Shown: piece by piece, positions 20,197 through 29,043 of the stretch
Layout: each line of letters starts with the position of its first letter
Numbering within the stretch: the stretch's first letter is position 1
NCBI GenBank assembly: GCA_965208675.1
Contig: OZ242351.1
Location: forward strand, 32,001-96,000
DNA length: 64,000 bases
Direction of reading: 5' to 3'
From: Candidatus Poribacteria bacterium
GTDB taxonomy: Bacteria; Poribacteria; WGA-4E; PCPOR2b
The notes under the pieces: model-generated
Told to the model about the DNA's origin: nothing
The model's input: the letters and a program-made list of their open reading frames with translations, nothing else
Database searches by the model: none
Program-made: the position numbers and the translations under genes

Positions 20197-21543
20197 TTAC
20201 TCCGACCGAATGGCTTCTACGGGTGTCAGTTTTGCGGCTTTGTTTGCCGGGTACAAACCGAAAAACATGCCAACACCTATCGAAACGCTCAGAGCAACGA
20301 CCATAGCTCCGAACGACACTACTGAAGGCCAATCGCTCCCCGGCCATACGTATTTCGTGATGAGAATAGCAGTACCTTGTCCCATAAATACGCCGACAAC
20401 CGCTCCCAAAATTCCACCGGTTAAGCTTAGCACAGCCGCTTCGATAAGAAACTGAGTTAATATATCTCGCCGCTTTGCACCGATAGCTTTCCGCAATCCG
20501 ATTTCCTTTGTGCGTTCAGTGACGGAGACGAGCATGATGTTCATGATACCAATCCCCGCTACAAATAACGCGATGCCGGCAATGCCGCCCATTACGAATT
20601 TCATCGTATTCCCAATCTTCTCGGCGGTTGCAAGCTCATCCCTTGCCGTCCAATATTGATATGCTTCTCCTGAACCGTGGTGTCTTCTCCCAAGAATTCG
20701 TTTTGATTCCTCCTTTGCAGTTTCGACCATATTCAGACTTGCAGCTTCTACCCGGATGCGCTCGATATGCTTTTTGCCCTTAAAGCGCTGTTGCAATGTG
20801 GTGATCGGAATAATGAAGCGATCATCCCAACCTTGCGTATCCATCGCATCGCCTTTCTCCTCCATTACGCCAACCACAGTTAAGCGTACGTCGAAACGGG
20901 GACCCCAACTTGATGCACGCGTCGCCTTAATCTCTTCGCCGATCGGGGAATTCTCATCGAATAGTTCTTCGTAGACCTTTGAACCGATGAGAGCAACAGT
21001 CCGCGCGGATTTGACATCTTCATCGGATAAAAAGCGGCCCGTCTGAACATACCAGTTATGTAATCTGTCGTATCCATCTGTGGTTGCCGTGACCTGAGAC
21101 GGCTTGCTTTTGCCCTTATAATTCAAATTCCAACTGCCGTAATCGTCCTCCGGGACGACGTGGTGGACACCTTGTGCATTTTCAAGGATTGCTTGTGCAT
21201 CAGAGGTTTCGAGATGTTCTGCGCGGTTCTTCCGCCAACGACCGCGTCTGACCGTCTGACCCGCTGCACGAGTCAATGTCCCTGATTGCCGATCCCACTC
21301 GTCACGGTATATCTCAATAACGTTCAAACCCCCGGTTCGCTCGATCTCTCTCAATACCATCGCGCGCGAACCGTCCCCTATCGAAACCACACTGACTACG
21401 GCTCCAACACCGATGATGATTCCCAAGATTGTTAGACTAGAGCGAAGTAAGTTCCGGCGTAAGTTCGAAATGCCCAGTGCGATATACTCAAAAAAATACA
21501 TACTCTTGCTCCTCGGAACAAGATTAATCATTAATGCTTTCAA
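20197..21543 (-). CDS. MacB/FtsX-like ABC permease
   Basis: RSSLTILGIIIGV, GIGIMNIMLVSVTERTKEIGLRKAIGA, PVEAIR; true start may be 21501. Confidence 0.92.
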   Translation of the reverse strand: MKALMINLVPRSKSMYFFEYIALGISNLRRNLLRSSLTILGIIIGVGAVVSVVSIGDGSRAMVLREIERTGGLNVIEIYRDEWDRQSGTLTRAAGQTVRRGRWRKNRAEHLETSDAQAILENAQGVHHVVPEDDYGSWNLNYKGKSKPSQVTATTDGYDRLHNWYVQTGRFLSDEDVKSARTVALIGSKVYEELFDENSPIGEEIKATRASSWGPRFDVRLTVVGVMEEKGDAMDTQGWDDRFIIPITTLQQRFKGKKHIERIRVEAASLNMVETAKEESKRILGRRHHGSGEAYQYWTARDELATAEKIGNTMKFVMGGIAGIALFVAGIGIMNIMLVSVTERTKEIGLRKAIGAKRRDILTQFLIEAAVLSLTGGILGAVVGVFMGQGTAILITKYVWPGSDWPSVVSFGAMVVALSVSIGVGMFFGLYPANKAAKLTPVEAIRSE

Positions 21544-21570
21544 CGTTGCTTCAGATTTCCAACTTCACCT

Positions 21571-22872
21571 TTACTCTGTTCGCAGCGCTTCAATAGGTGA
21601 AAGCCGTGCAGCTTTCACCGCGGGATACAGTCCAAAGAAGACACCGATTGCCGCCGAAAAAGCGACCGATATAATCACCCACTGCGCGGTGATGAATGAT
21701 GGCCAATAATTTATGATTTTCACAATTTTAATTGCAATCTGTGCCATGCCGTATCCCGCAGCAGCGCCTAACGCGATACCCAGCAGACCGCCGACGCTGC
21801 ACATCACAACCGATTCCACAAGAAACTGCAATAGTATATCCTTGCGCTTTGCACCAAGCGCTTTTCGCAGACCGATTTCTCGCGTGCGTTCGGTGACCGA
21901 GACCAACATGATGTTCATAATTCCGATGCCGCCGACGAGGAGCGAAACACCTGCGATGATACCGAGTACGATCTTAATCGTACGGCTAATGGTAAACAAC
22001 TGCTCCATGCCTTGCCGCATCTCCCACATGTTAAAGAAATTATCCTGGTTTCCGTGCCGCTTTCGCACTGTAGCCGTGACCTCGGCCTTGGCTCTCTCCA
22101 GCAATTCAAGGGTTTTCGCTTGGACTGTTATCATTCGGACACGATCGTTTCCCGTAAACCGCTCCTGAACGGTCGTCAAAGGTAGCAGCACGCGGTCGTC
22201 CAAATTCCATCCAAAGCGGAGGCTTGTCCCACGTGGTTCCATTACGCCCACAATGGTGAACCGTTCCATGCTTTTTTCTCGCTTTGGACGTTCGCGTCGC
22301 CAATTGTTCTGGGATTCGCGCGCAATTTTAATTTCTTTGCCAATCGGATTCTGATTCCCGAATAGTTCATTTGCTACCTCTGATCCGAGGATACAGACTT
22401 TGCTCCGCGTCTCAACATCCTCGTCGGAAATAAAACGTCCGCGTTGTAACTCCCAATTCATTCCAATTCGGTAAAAGGGCGTGATACCTTCGTATCCGGT
22501 GCGTTTTTCCGCGCCGCCCTCAGCCTGCACCAAAACACCGCGCCAAACCGGTAAACGTGGGATTACACCTTCAACGGAAGGGCAATCGGCCTCTATCGCC
22601 AGCACATCATCATATTCAAAATACTCATTGCTGCGGTTGGGTATCCAGCGGTCGCCTTTGCGTAGGTGGTTACTGCGGTACAAAGTAAATTGGTTGGCGC
22701 CCCCGAGCTTTTGAGCGTCCTGGAGCACTATAGTTTTCGCACCATTGCCAATTCCAATCGTCGCGAGAACGGAGGCAACGCCAATGATAATTCCTAGCAT
22801 AGTTAAGAGCGAGCGCAATGTGTTCGCGCGTATCGCCGCAAACCCAACAGAAATCCCTTCGCTGAATCTCAA
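21571..22872 (-). CDS. MacB/FtsX-like ABC permease (second paralog)
   Basis: RSLLTMLGIIIGV, GGIGIMNIMLVSVTERTREIG, PIEALR. Confidence 0.92.
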   Translation of the reverse strand: MRFSEGISVGFAAIRANTLRSLLTMLGIIIGVASVLATIGIGNGAKTIVLQDAQKLGGANQFTLYRSNHLRKGDRWIPNRSNEYFEYDDVLAIEADCPSVEGVIPRLPVWRGVLVQAEGGAEKRTGYEGITPFYRIGMNWELQRGRFISDEDVETRSKVCILGSEVANELFGNQNPIGKEIKIARESQNNWRRERPKREKSMERFTIVGVMEPRGTSLRFGWNLDDRVLLPLTTVQERFTGNDRVRMITVQAKTLELLERAKAEVTATVRKRHGNQDNFFNMWEMRQGMEQLFTISRTIKIVLGIIAGVSLLVGGIGIMNIMLVSVTERTREIGLRKALGAKRKDILLQFLVESVVMCSVGGLLGIALGAAAGYGMAQIAIKIVKIINYWPSFITAQWVIISVAFSAAIGVFFGLYPAVKAARLSPIEALRTE

Positions 22873-22970
22873 ATCTATCCTCCCTACCCTTGTAATCTGG
22901 CAGATTCCATCCGTATTTTGGACGATGCCGTTCGTAATTGGTTTATTAATTTATGCGGTAGAATTTTGCC

Positions 22971-23000
22971 TTGACAACCGTAATCGGGTATTGATAATAT
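22971..23000 (+). promoter_or_regulatory. Candidate sigma70 promoter for rpoZ
   Basis: TTGACA-18 bp-TAATAT with TG before the -10. Confidence 0.45.
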
Positions 23001-23072
23001 AATAGGCAACGTCAAGAATTTCGTGTGCTAGAGTTCCAAACCTATTCACCTGCAAGTGTGAGGTCGTTCAAA

Positions 23073-23414
23073 ATGTCAGTGGTTTATCTTGAGGATATAG
23101 AAGATCTTGTCGGTAACAAATATTTAGCCGTCAACGTAGCGGCGCGGCGCGCGCGTCAACTCAATGAAAAAGGCATTCCTATTCTTAAGTTTAATGTTCG
23201 GAAACCGGCGTCGGTAGCTTTGCAAGCGCTAGTTGAGGGTGAAATTGACTATAAGCAAGTAGATCAGTTTGAAGATTCTTCAGAGGAATTTTCAATTTTC
23301 AATCCGGTTACCGAGGAACAGGACGAAGATTCGGAAATCTTCGAACAGACATTTGCCAGTGAGACGCAAGATGAAAGTGTGGAAGACCTTGAGGAACCTG
23401 AAGAAGGGTTGTAA
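23073..23414 (+). CDS. rpoZ: RNA polymerase omega subunit with acidic C-terminal tail
   Basis: NKYLAVNVAARRARQL, KPASVALQAL; start trimmed to ATG 23073. Confidence 0.88.
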   Translation: MSVVYLEDIEDLVGNKYLAVNVAARRARQLNEKGIPILKFNVRKPASVALQALVEGEIDYKQVDQFEDSSEEFSIFNPVTEEQDEDSEIFEQTFASETQDESVEDLEEPEEGL

Positions 23415-23426
23415 ATAAATGAATGC

Positions 23427-23996
23427 ATGAATTTTCCGCTATTTTGCGACAAATCCTAGGTTGGTGGTTCCTCCTTGAGGTTCACCGTTTGCCGTTATTG
23501 TCCTGACTATTAGGATATGCAACGGCATGAATGCAGAATAGCCGCAAGCGCATTTTATAGCTGTCCTTCCAAAAAATTTGATAGGCGGCGAAGGATAGGC
23601 TTCCGAAATTGTCAGCAATTCTCTCCTCACTTGAAGCGGTGAATCTATAAAAATTCGACGCAAAAGTTTTCACCCTTACCGAATTGCCGTTCAGTTCACC
23701 GTCGATTTCCAGTGGAAAATGTGAAGCCGATGTTATTGGATTTTACTTCACTGCGGCGCGCCGCCGCCAACACCGGCTGGGCGCAGGCGAGACCTTCGCT
23801 CGTCCGCCTACATTACACGGCTAATCAGTCGCAGTCCCTAAGAGACTTCCCTACCTTGCTCCTTATCATCTCCTAAACCTACCGTGAAGGAAATGAAATC
23901 CCTCCCGAATTGCGGCCGTAAACTCCCTATGTGCATTTGCGATTAGCGTGGAAACGCGCGAAACTAGCGCATCACAGATGACCTTCATTAGAACTC
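23427..23996 (-). ncRNA. Candidate large structured non-coding RNA (~570 nt), family unidentified
   Basis: Near-consensus promoter immediately upstream, no credible ORF, complementary 5'/3' ends and many internal stems. Confidence 0.55.
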
Positions 23997-24000
23997 ATAA

Positions 24001-24029
24001 ATGATATCAGGGTTAATCAGCAATGTCAA
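24001..24029 (-). promoter_or_regulatory. Near-consensus sigma70 promoter facing the candidate ncRNA
   Basis: Minus strand TTGACA (24029-24024)-17 bp-TATCAT (24006-24001), with extended -10 TG. Confidence 0.75.
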
Positions 24030-24084
24030 TGCTGTGCGGGAGCGGTTGTCACCGTCGTGTAATCCTGCTGAGCCGTGTTTTCTC

Positions 24085-24113
24085 TTGTTATTTTATGGCC
24101 GATTTGCTATAAT
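24085..24113 (+). promoter_or_regulatory. sigma70 promoter for the lpxL-lpt-rpoN operon
   Basis: TTGTTA-17 bp-TATAAT with TGn extended -10; divergent from the ncRNA promoter. Confidence 0.6.
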
Positions 24114-24125
24114 ACGACACAGATT

Positions 24126-25031
24126 ATGTGGCGTTTCCTGAAAGATTGCTGTTACGTGTTTGCAGCGAGATGTATCAGTCAATGTATTGCCCCACTCCCC
24201 CGCCGGCTTGCGTTATCCCTTGGGACTGCTTTGGCAACCGCTGTTTTTTGGTTCTCGCGTTGCGAAAGGAACCGTACTTGTAAACATCTTGTATCGCGTT
24301 TAGAACTTGATGGTCCGGTAGTTGTCCAGAGGCTTGCCCAACGTTGCTTTCAAAACATGGGGAAAAACGTGATGGAATTCATTCAGCTTCCTTACATGTC
24401 CCCCCAGAAGATTCATCAGGTTGTTGCCTTCGAAGGTAAGGCAAATATCGATCAAGCGCTCGATCGGGGCAACGGGGCAATAATTTTGACAGGGCACTTT
24501 GGCAATTGGGAACTGCTCGCAGCGAGTATTGCCGCGAATGGGTATCCGTTAAATTCCATCGCTCGCCAGTTGCGTTCTAAGCGCCTGGACACACTTGTTT
24601 CAGCTTATCGTGAGAAGTCGGGATATACTAGCATTGACCGGGATAACGGCATTCGTCCAGCGTTACGTTGCTTGAAACGAAATGAGTTGCTTGGCATCGT
24701 GGCGGATGTTGATACACGAACAGATGGAGTCTTTGTCGATTTTCTTGGTCGACCCGCTTATACCCCCTATAGTCCAGTGGCAATCGCGCTGAAAACAGGT
24801 GCCTCGATTTTGCCGACCTTTATAATTCGTCAACCGGATGAATCGCACCGCGCCATTGTTGAACCGCCGTTAGCTCTAAATCAGAGCGGAGACCGTGAGC
24901 GCGACTACATCTTCAATACTCAAAAGTTTACGAACGTAATTGCATCTTATGTTCGGCGATTTCCCGAGCAATGGATTTGGATGCATGAACGCTGGAGAAC
25001 ACAGCCCCAAATTAAACCTGATGACAAGTAA
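24126..25031 (+). CDS. Lipid A biosynthesis acyltransferase (LpxL/HtrB family)
   Basis: TGHFGNWE, ADVD, FLGRPA, PEQWIWMHERW; start trimmed. Confidence 0.9.
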   Translation: MWRFLKDCCYVFAARCISQCIAPLPRRLALSLGTALATAVFWFSRCERNRTCKHLVSRLELDGPVVVQRLAQRCFQNMGKNVMEFIQLPYMSPQKIHQVVAFEGKANIDQALDRGNGAIILTGHFGNWELLAASIAANGYPLNSIARQLRSKRLDTLVSAYREKSGYTSIDRDNGIRPALRCLKRNELLGIVADVDTRTDGVFVDFLGRPAYTPYSPVAIALKTGASILPTFIIRQPDESHRAIVEPPLALNQSGDRERDYIFNTQKFTNVIASYVRRFPEQWIWMHERWRTQPQIKPDDK

Positions 25032-25632
25032 ATTTAAGATGAAATTGCGCCGACTTCCCTTTGCCCTTTGCCTAATATTTCTCGCCTTGGGTTGTGATAG
25101 AGGGCAGGAGGAGCTAACACCGACCAACGACGAAAATCCTGAACAAATATTACAACAGTTTTCAACTAAGCATACAGAATCCGGCGTGACAAAATGGACA
25201 TTGATTGCCGATTCGGGAGAGTTCATGGAATCGGTGGTGTACGTGCAGAACCCGACGGTTCAAATCTTTGAGGATGGTCAAGCCACACTTACAGTGACGG
25301 GCGACCGCGGCGAAATTATTGAGTCAAATAACAATCTCAAAATTTTTGATAATGTAGTCGGAATTAGCCAAAATGGCGTATTGTACACCGACGAACTTCA
25401 TTGGCACAACCGGAATGGCAAATTATACGCCCCGAACGAATCGGAGATTGTGCGCGGTGATTCAACAATGGTTGGTCGGGAGATGGAAAGCCGCCCGTCT
25501 CTTGAAGTTGTAACGATGAAACACGTTCGATTTAATTTTTACGCTAAAGATGAGAAGGTAGGTGCAACTGAACCCGTTGTAGAAAATGAAATCCCGCATA
25601 GCAAAGGAATCACAAATGCAGGAACGCGCTAA
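25021..25632 (+). CDS. lptC: LPS export protein LptC
   Basis: LALGC lipobox-like N-terminus, KWTLIAD, LYTDELHW; upstream of lptA/lptB. Confidence 0.85.
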   Translation: MTSKFKMKLRRLPFALCLIFLALGCDRGQEELTPTNDENPEQILQQFSTKHTESGVTKWTLIADSGEFMESVVYVQNPTVQIFEDGQATLTVTGDRGEIIESNNNLKIFDNVVGISQNGVLYTDELHWHNRNGKLYAPNESEIVRGDSTMVGREMESRPSLEVVTMKHVRFNFYAKDEKVGATEPVVENEIPHSKGITNAGTR

Positions 25633-25636
25633 TTCG

Positions 25637-26500
25637 ATGCAAAATACCCGTCTGTTTTCATTTGGCTGCGCAGCCGCAATACCGCCGCTGATAATTTCAA
25701 TATGGTTTTTATCCTTCATACCTTATTCAACTGATGCCGCTGTTGAAAATACTACTACGCCGAAACCAGTCGAAACGAATCAGGCTAGCGGAGATGAAGA
25801 TGAGGATTTCCTCATTTGTAAGCATGCGGATCAGCTCTATCAGGATGACAAAAAAGGGTTTACAGTCTTGACGGGCAATGTCGAGCTTGAGATGTCCAAC
25901 GGATTTCTGAACGCCGATAAGGTCACTCTTTATAGAAATGTTGAGACTGATAAATTAACTGAAACCATCGCTGAAGGCAATGTTCAGATGAAAGAAGGCC
26001 AGGCTATAGCTTCCAGCGATCGTGCGGTTTTGAACCACATAGACGACATAGTGAATCTTCACGATAACGTCGTCGTTATACAAGAAGAAGATAGGCTGGA
26101 GGCGGCGAAAATGATCTTTAATCGCCGGACGGGCGTGCAAACAGCAGAGGGGAAGCCGGTAAAAATTACACGTCCCGACGGATTCCTGAATGGGAACAGA
26201 GTGGAGATTTATAAGAATCTCGAGACGGATGAAATCACCAAAATTATTGCACAAGAACTGGTAGAAATGCGCGATGAAGATATTTTTGCGACGAGCGATT
26301 ACGCCGATTTGAATCAGGTAGATGACACTGTAGATTTGCGGGAGAACGTCGTAGTAATACAGGAGGAAGACCGATTGGAAGCTAAATCCTTTACCTATAA
26401 TCGGCGGACTGGCAAACGTGTCGGCAAAGGAAGCGTTAGATTCCGGGTTCGAATAAGCCAGCAAAATGAGGATGAGCAAGAATCAAACAACGAGAAGTAA
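25637..26500 (+). CDS. lptA: LptA/OstA-family protein with internal duplication
   Basis: LTGNVEL, IAEGNVQM, two copies of GFLN...NVVVIQEEDRLEA...NRRTG; start uncertain (25586/25616/25637). Confidence 0.8.
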   Translation: MQNTRLFSFGCAAAIPPLIISIWFLSFIPYSTDAAVENTTTPKPVETNQASGDEDEDFLICKHADQLYQDDKKGFTVLTGNVELEMSNGFLNADKVTLYRNVETDKLTETIAEGNVQMKEGQAIASSDRAVLNHIDDIVNLHDNVVVIQEEDRLEAAKMIFNRRTGVQTAEGKPVKITRPDGFLNGNRVEIYKNLETDEITKIIAQELVEMRDEDIFATSDYADLNQVDDTVDLRENVVVIQEEDRLEAKSFTYNRRTGKRVGKGSVRFRVRISQQNEDEQESNNEK

Positions 26501-26520
26501 TCCGTTAAGGCAAGAAAAGC

Positions 26521-27258
26521 GTGTCGATTAAACTTCAAACCCACGGACTTGTTAAGAGATATTCACGGCGCGGCCCCATCGTTGTCAATCAAGTAAGTAT
26601 TGAAGTAGCAACGGGCAAAATTGTTGGGTTGCTCGGTCCAAATGGGGCTGGAAAATCAACCACATTTTACATGGTTGTTGGATTGATACACCCAAACGCC
26701 GGACGGATTACATTTGATGAAAAGGACATCACCCATGTACCGATGTACAAGCGGGCGCGCCTCGGAATTGGGTATCTCTCGCAAGAGACTTCAATATTTC
26801 GAAAACTGACTGTTGAACAGAACATTTTAGCGGTTCTCGAAGCGCTTGATATTCGCAGAGATGAGCGTAAACGGCGGTGCAATCAGCTCATGGAAGAACT
26901 CGGCATCTCCGAGTTGGCGAAGCGGAAAGCATACACCCTGTCAGGGGGCGAATGTCGACGCGCTGAAATTGCAAGGGCGCTTGCAGCTTCCCCATCTTTT
27001 ATTTTGTTGGATGAACCGTTTTCCGGAATCGATCCAATTGCAGTTCAGGACATTAAAGAACTAATCACACACCTGCGCGACCGGAATATCGGAGTGTTAA
27101 TAACAGATCACAATGCAGCAGAAACACTTGGGATTGTCGATCTCGCTTATTTGATTACTGGCGGGAAAATTACGCTCAGCGGTTCGCCTGAAACATTGCT
27201 TGAAAGCGAAATTGCCAGAGAACGGTATTTTGGCCATAGTTTTGAGTTGTATAGATGA
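26521..27258 (+). CDS. lptB: LPS export ABC ATPase LptB
   Basis: GPNGAGKSTTF, YLSQETSIFRKL, LSGGE, LDEPFSGIDP, ITDHN. Confidence 0.95.
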   Translation: MSIKLQTHGLVKRYSRRGPIVVNQVSIEVATGKIVGLLGPNGAGKSTTFYMVVGLIHPNAGRITFDEKDITHVPMYKRARLGIGYLSQETSIFRKLTVEQNILAVLEALDIRRDERKRRCNQLMEELGISELAKRKAYTLSGGECRRAEIARALAASPSFILLDEPFSGIDPIAVQDIKELITHLRDRNIGVLITDHNAAETLGIVDLAYLITGGKITLSGSPETLLESEIARERYFGHSFELYR

Positions 27259-27291
27259 AATCCGGGTGTCGAGTGATTGAGGAGCCGTGCG

Positions 27292-29013
27292 ATGTACATT
27301 GGACTCAAACAGACTTCGAACATGAAATCGCAGCAGAAACTCATCATGACACCAAAGTTGCAACAAGCAATTAAGGTGCTGTTAATGTCACGCCTCGATC
27401 TCACACAACATATGAATGAACAGTTACAGCAAAATCCTCTTTTGGACGAAGCTTTGGTTGAAGATTTAGACATCGAATCGTTAAGCGGCTTAGATGAATT
27501 AGATCCCGATACAGAGTGGAATGAACCTGCTGAGAATCTGGACCGTGCAGATAAAGAACCGGATATCGACTGGGAAAGTTGTTTTGATGATATGATAAGC
27601 AGTAGCGAAAGGGACACGTTTGAACCGTGGGCTGACAGCGATGCGCCTCAAGCGGATATCGCGCAACTTCAAACATTGCACGAATTTTTAATGGCACAAC
27701 TGAATGATGCGCCTTTTTCGGACATTGAGCGAAAAATCGGTGAACAGATTATTGGCAATCTTGATGATAACGGCCAGTTGAATGTCGCTTCCCTGTTTAG
27801 TGCCGCTTTGGAGTTCAAGAGTAATTTAGACAGCGGCAATCTACCAGAGGGGTTGCGGAGTGAATTTGAAAATAATGAAATCACACTTTCAAAAAAAGTC
27901 ACAATATCTGTGAAAGGCAGTGACAGCACGGATACCGTAAGATGGCGGATAACCGATGAGAACAATGAGCAGATCTATACTGTCAATTTGGATGAGGATA
28001 AACTAAACATCTACGGCATCACGCTGGAAGAAATTGGAGAGGACATCGGTTGCGAGGTGCGTTTGGTTGAAAATGTGCTTCGGTTTATTCAACGGAATTT
28101 TGAGCCGACGGGTATAGCATACCGTACGATTCCAGAGACGCTGCTTGTACAAATTGAAGCCGGGAAAATGGACCAGCCACTTGTGCGAGAAATTGTAAAA
28201 TACCACTTTGATGATTTGATGAATAACCTCATACCGAGGATTGCCAAGAATTTGGATGTGGAAATCGACGCAGTTTTGAAGGCAAAGGAGATAATCGGAA
28301 CGCTTAATCCATATCCAGGCCGCCACTTTTCAGATCGGTCGGATCCAAAACGATTTAATGATAGGAAGCGGTTCGCAAGTTCGATTGTGCCTGATATTAT
28401 CGTTGAAAAGGGAGAAAGGGGATACCGATTCATTACAAATGATGACGGCATGCCCCGACTACGTTTGAATCCACAGTACGTCAATATGATGCGAAATGGA
28501 GATTCGGCGCTCGACAAAAACACGAAAACGTGGTTGAATAATCAAAAAAACCTAGCCATCGATTTGTTAAAAAGTGTTGACCAGCGGCATCGGACTATCA
28601 AGAGAGTGACTGAGGCGATATTTCAAGTACAATCGGATTTTCTTGAACAAGGGGTCAAAGCGCTTAAACCCTTGGTACTGAAGCAGATTGCTGATATGGC
28701 TGATGTACACGAGTCCACAGTCAGTCGCGTCACTTCGAACAAATACGTTCAGACCCCGCAGGGTATCTACAGTCTGAAGTTTTTCTTTAGCAGTGAACTG
28801 CATACCGATTCCGGCGGCAATGTAGCTGTCACTTCGGTCAAAGAGAAAATCAAAGATATGATAGATAAGGAGGATGTAGCTAAACCGCTGAGCGATCAGA
28901 CAATTTCTGGCATGCTGAAAGTCGACGGGATTCACGCTGCTAGACGAACCGTTGCGAAATACCGAGAAGAACTCGGTATACTTTCTTCCAATAAGCGGAA
29001 AGGGAAATGGTAA
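27292..29013 (+). CDS. rpoN: RNA polymerase sigma-54 factor
   Basis: MTPKLQQAIKVL region I, HESTVSR, RpoN box ARRTVAKYRE. Confidence 0.97.
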   Translation: MYIGLKQTSNMKSQQKLIMTPKLQQAIKVLLMSRLDLTQHMNEQLQQNPLLDEALVEDLDIESLSGLDELDPDTEWNEPAENLDRADKEPDIDWESCFDDMISSSERDTFEPWADSDAPQADIAQLQTLHEFLMAQLNDAPFSDIERKIGEQIIGNLDDNGQLNVASLFSAALEFKSNLDSGNLPEGLRSEFENNEITLSKKVTISVKGSDSTDTVRWRITDENNEQIYTVNLDEDKLNIYGITLEEIGEDIGCEVRLVENVLRFIQRNFEPTGIAYRTIPETLLVQIEAGKMDQPLVREIVKYHFDDLMNNLIPRIAKNLDVEIDAVLKAKEIIGTLNPYPGRHFSDRSDPKRFNDRKRFASSIVPDIIVEKGERGYRFITNDDGMPRLRLNPQYVNMMRNGDSALDKNTKTWLNNQKNLAIDLLKSVDQRHRTIKRVTEAIFQVQSDFLEQGVKALKPLVLKQIADMADVHESTVSRVTSNKYVQTPQGIYSLKFFFSSELHTDSGGNVAVTSVKEKIKDMIDKEDVAKPLSDQTISGMLKVDGIHAARRTVAKYREELGILSSNKRKGKW

Positions 29014-29043
29014 TTGACAATTGGTCAGCCAAGGGAGGTTGAT

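Noticed and set aside
23439-23673. Short minus-strand ORFs (74 aa and 63 aa) inside the element
   Set aside because: Non-ATG starts, no convincing SD, no protein-like motifs; they overlap each other in different frames.
23427-23996. tmRNA, RNase P RNA or self-splicing intron identity for the large element
   Set aside because: No GGGG start, T-arm/CCA end or tag ORF; no GAGGAAAGUCC / AACCCGGCUUA P4 strands; no group II domain V or group I P7 motifs recognised.
27784-28017. Intein in rpoN
   Set aside because: Too short and lacks N-terminal Cys/Ser and C-terminal His-Asn splice motifs; reported as a domain insertion instead.
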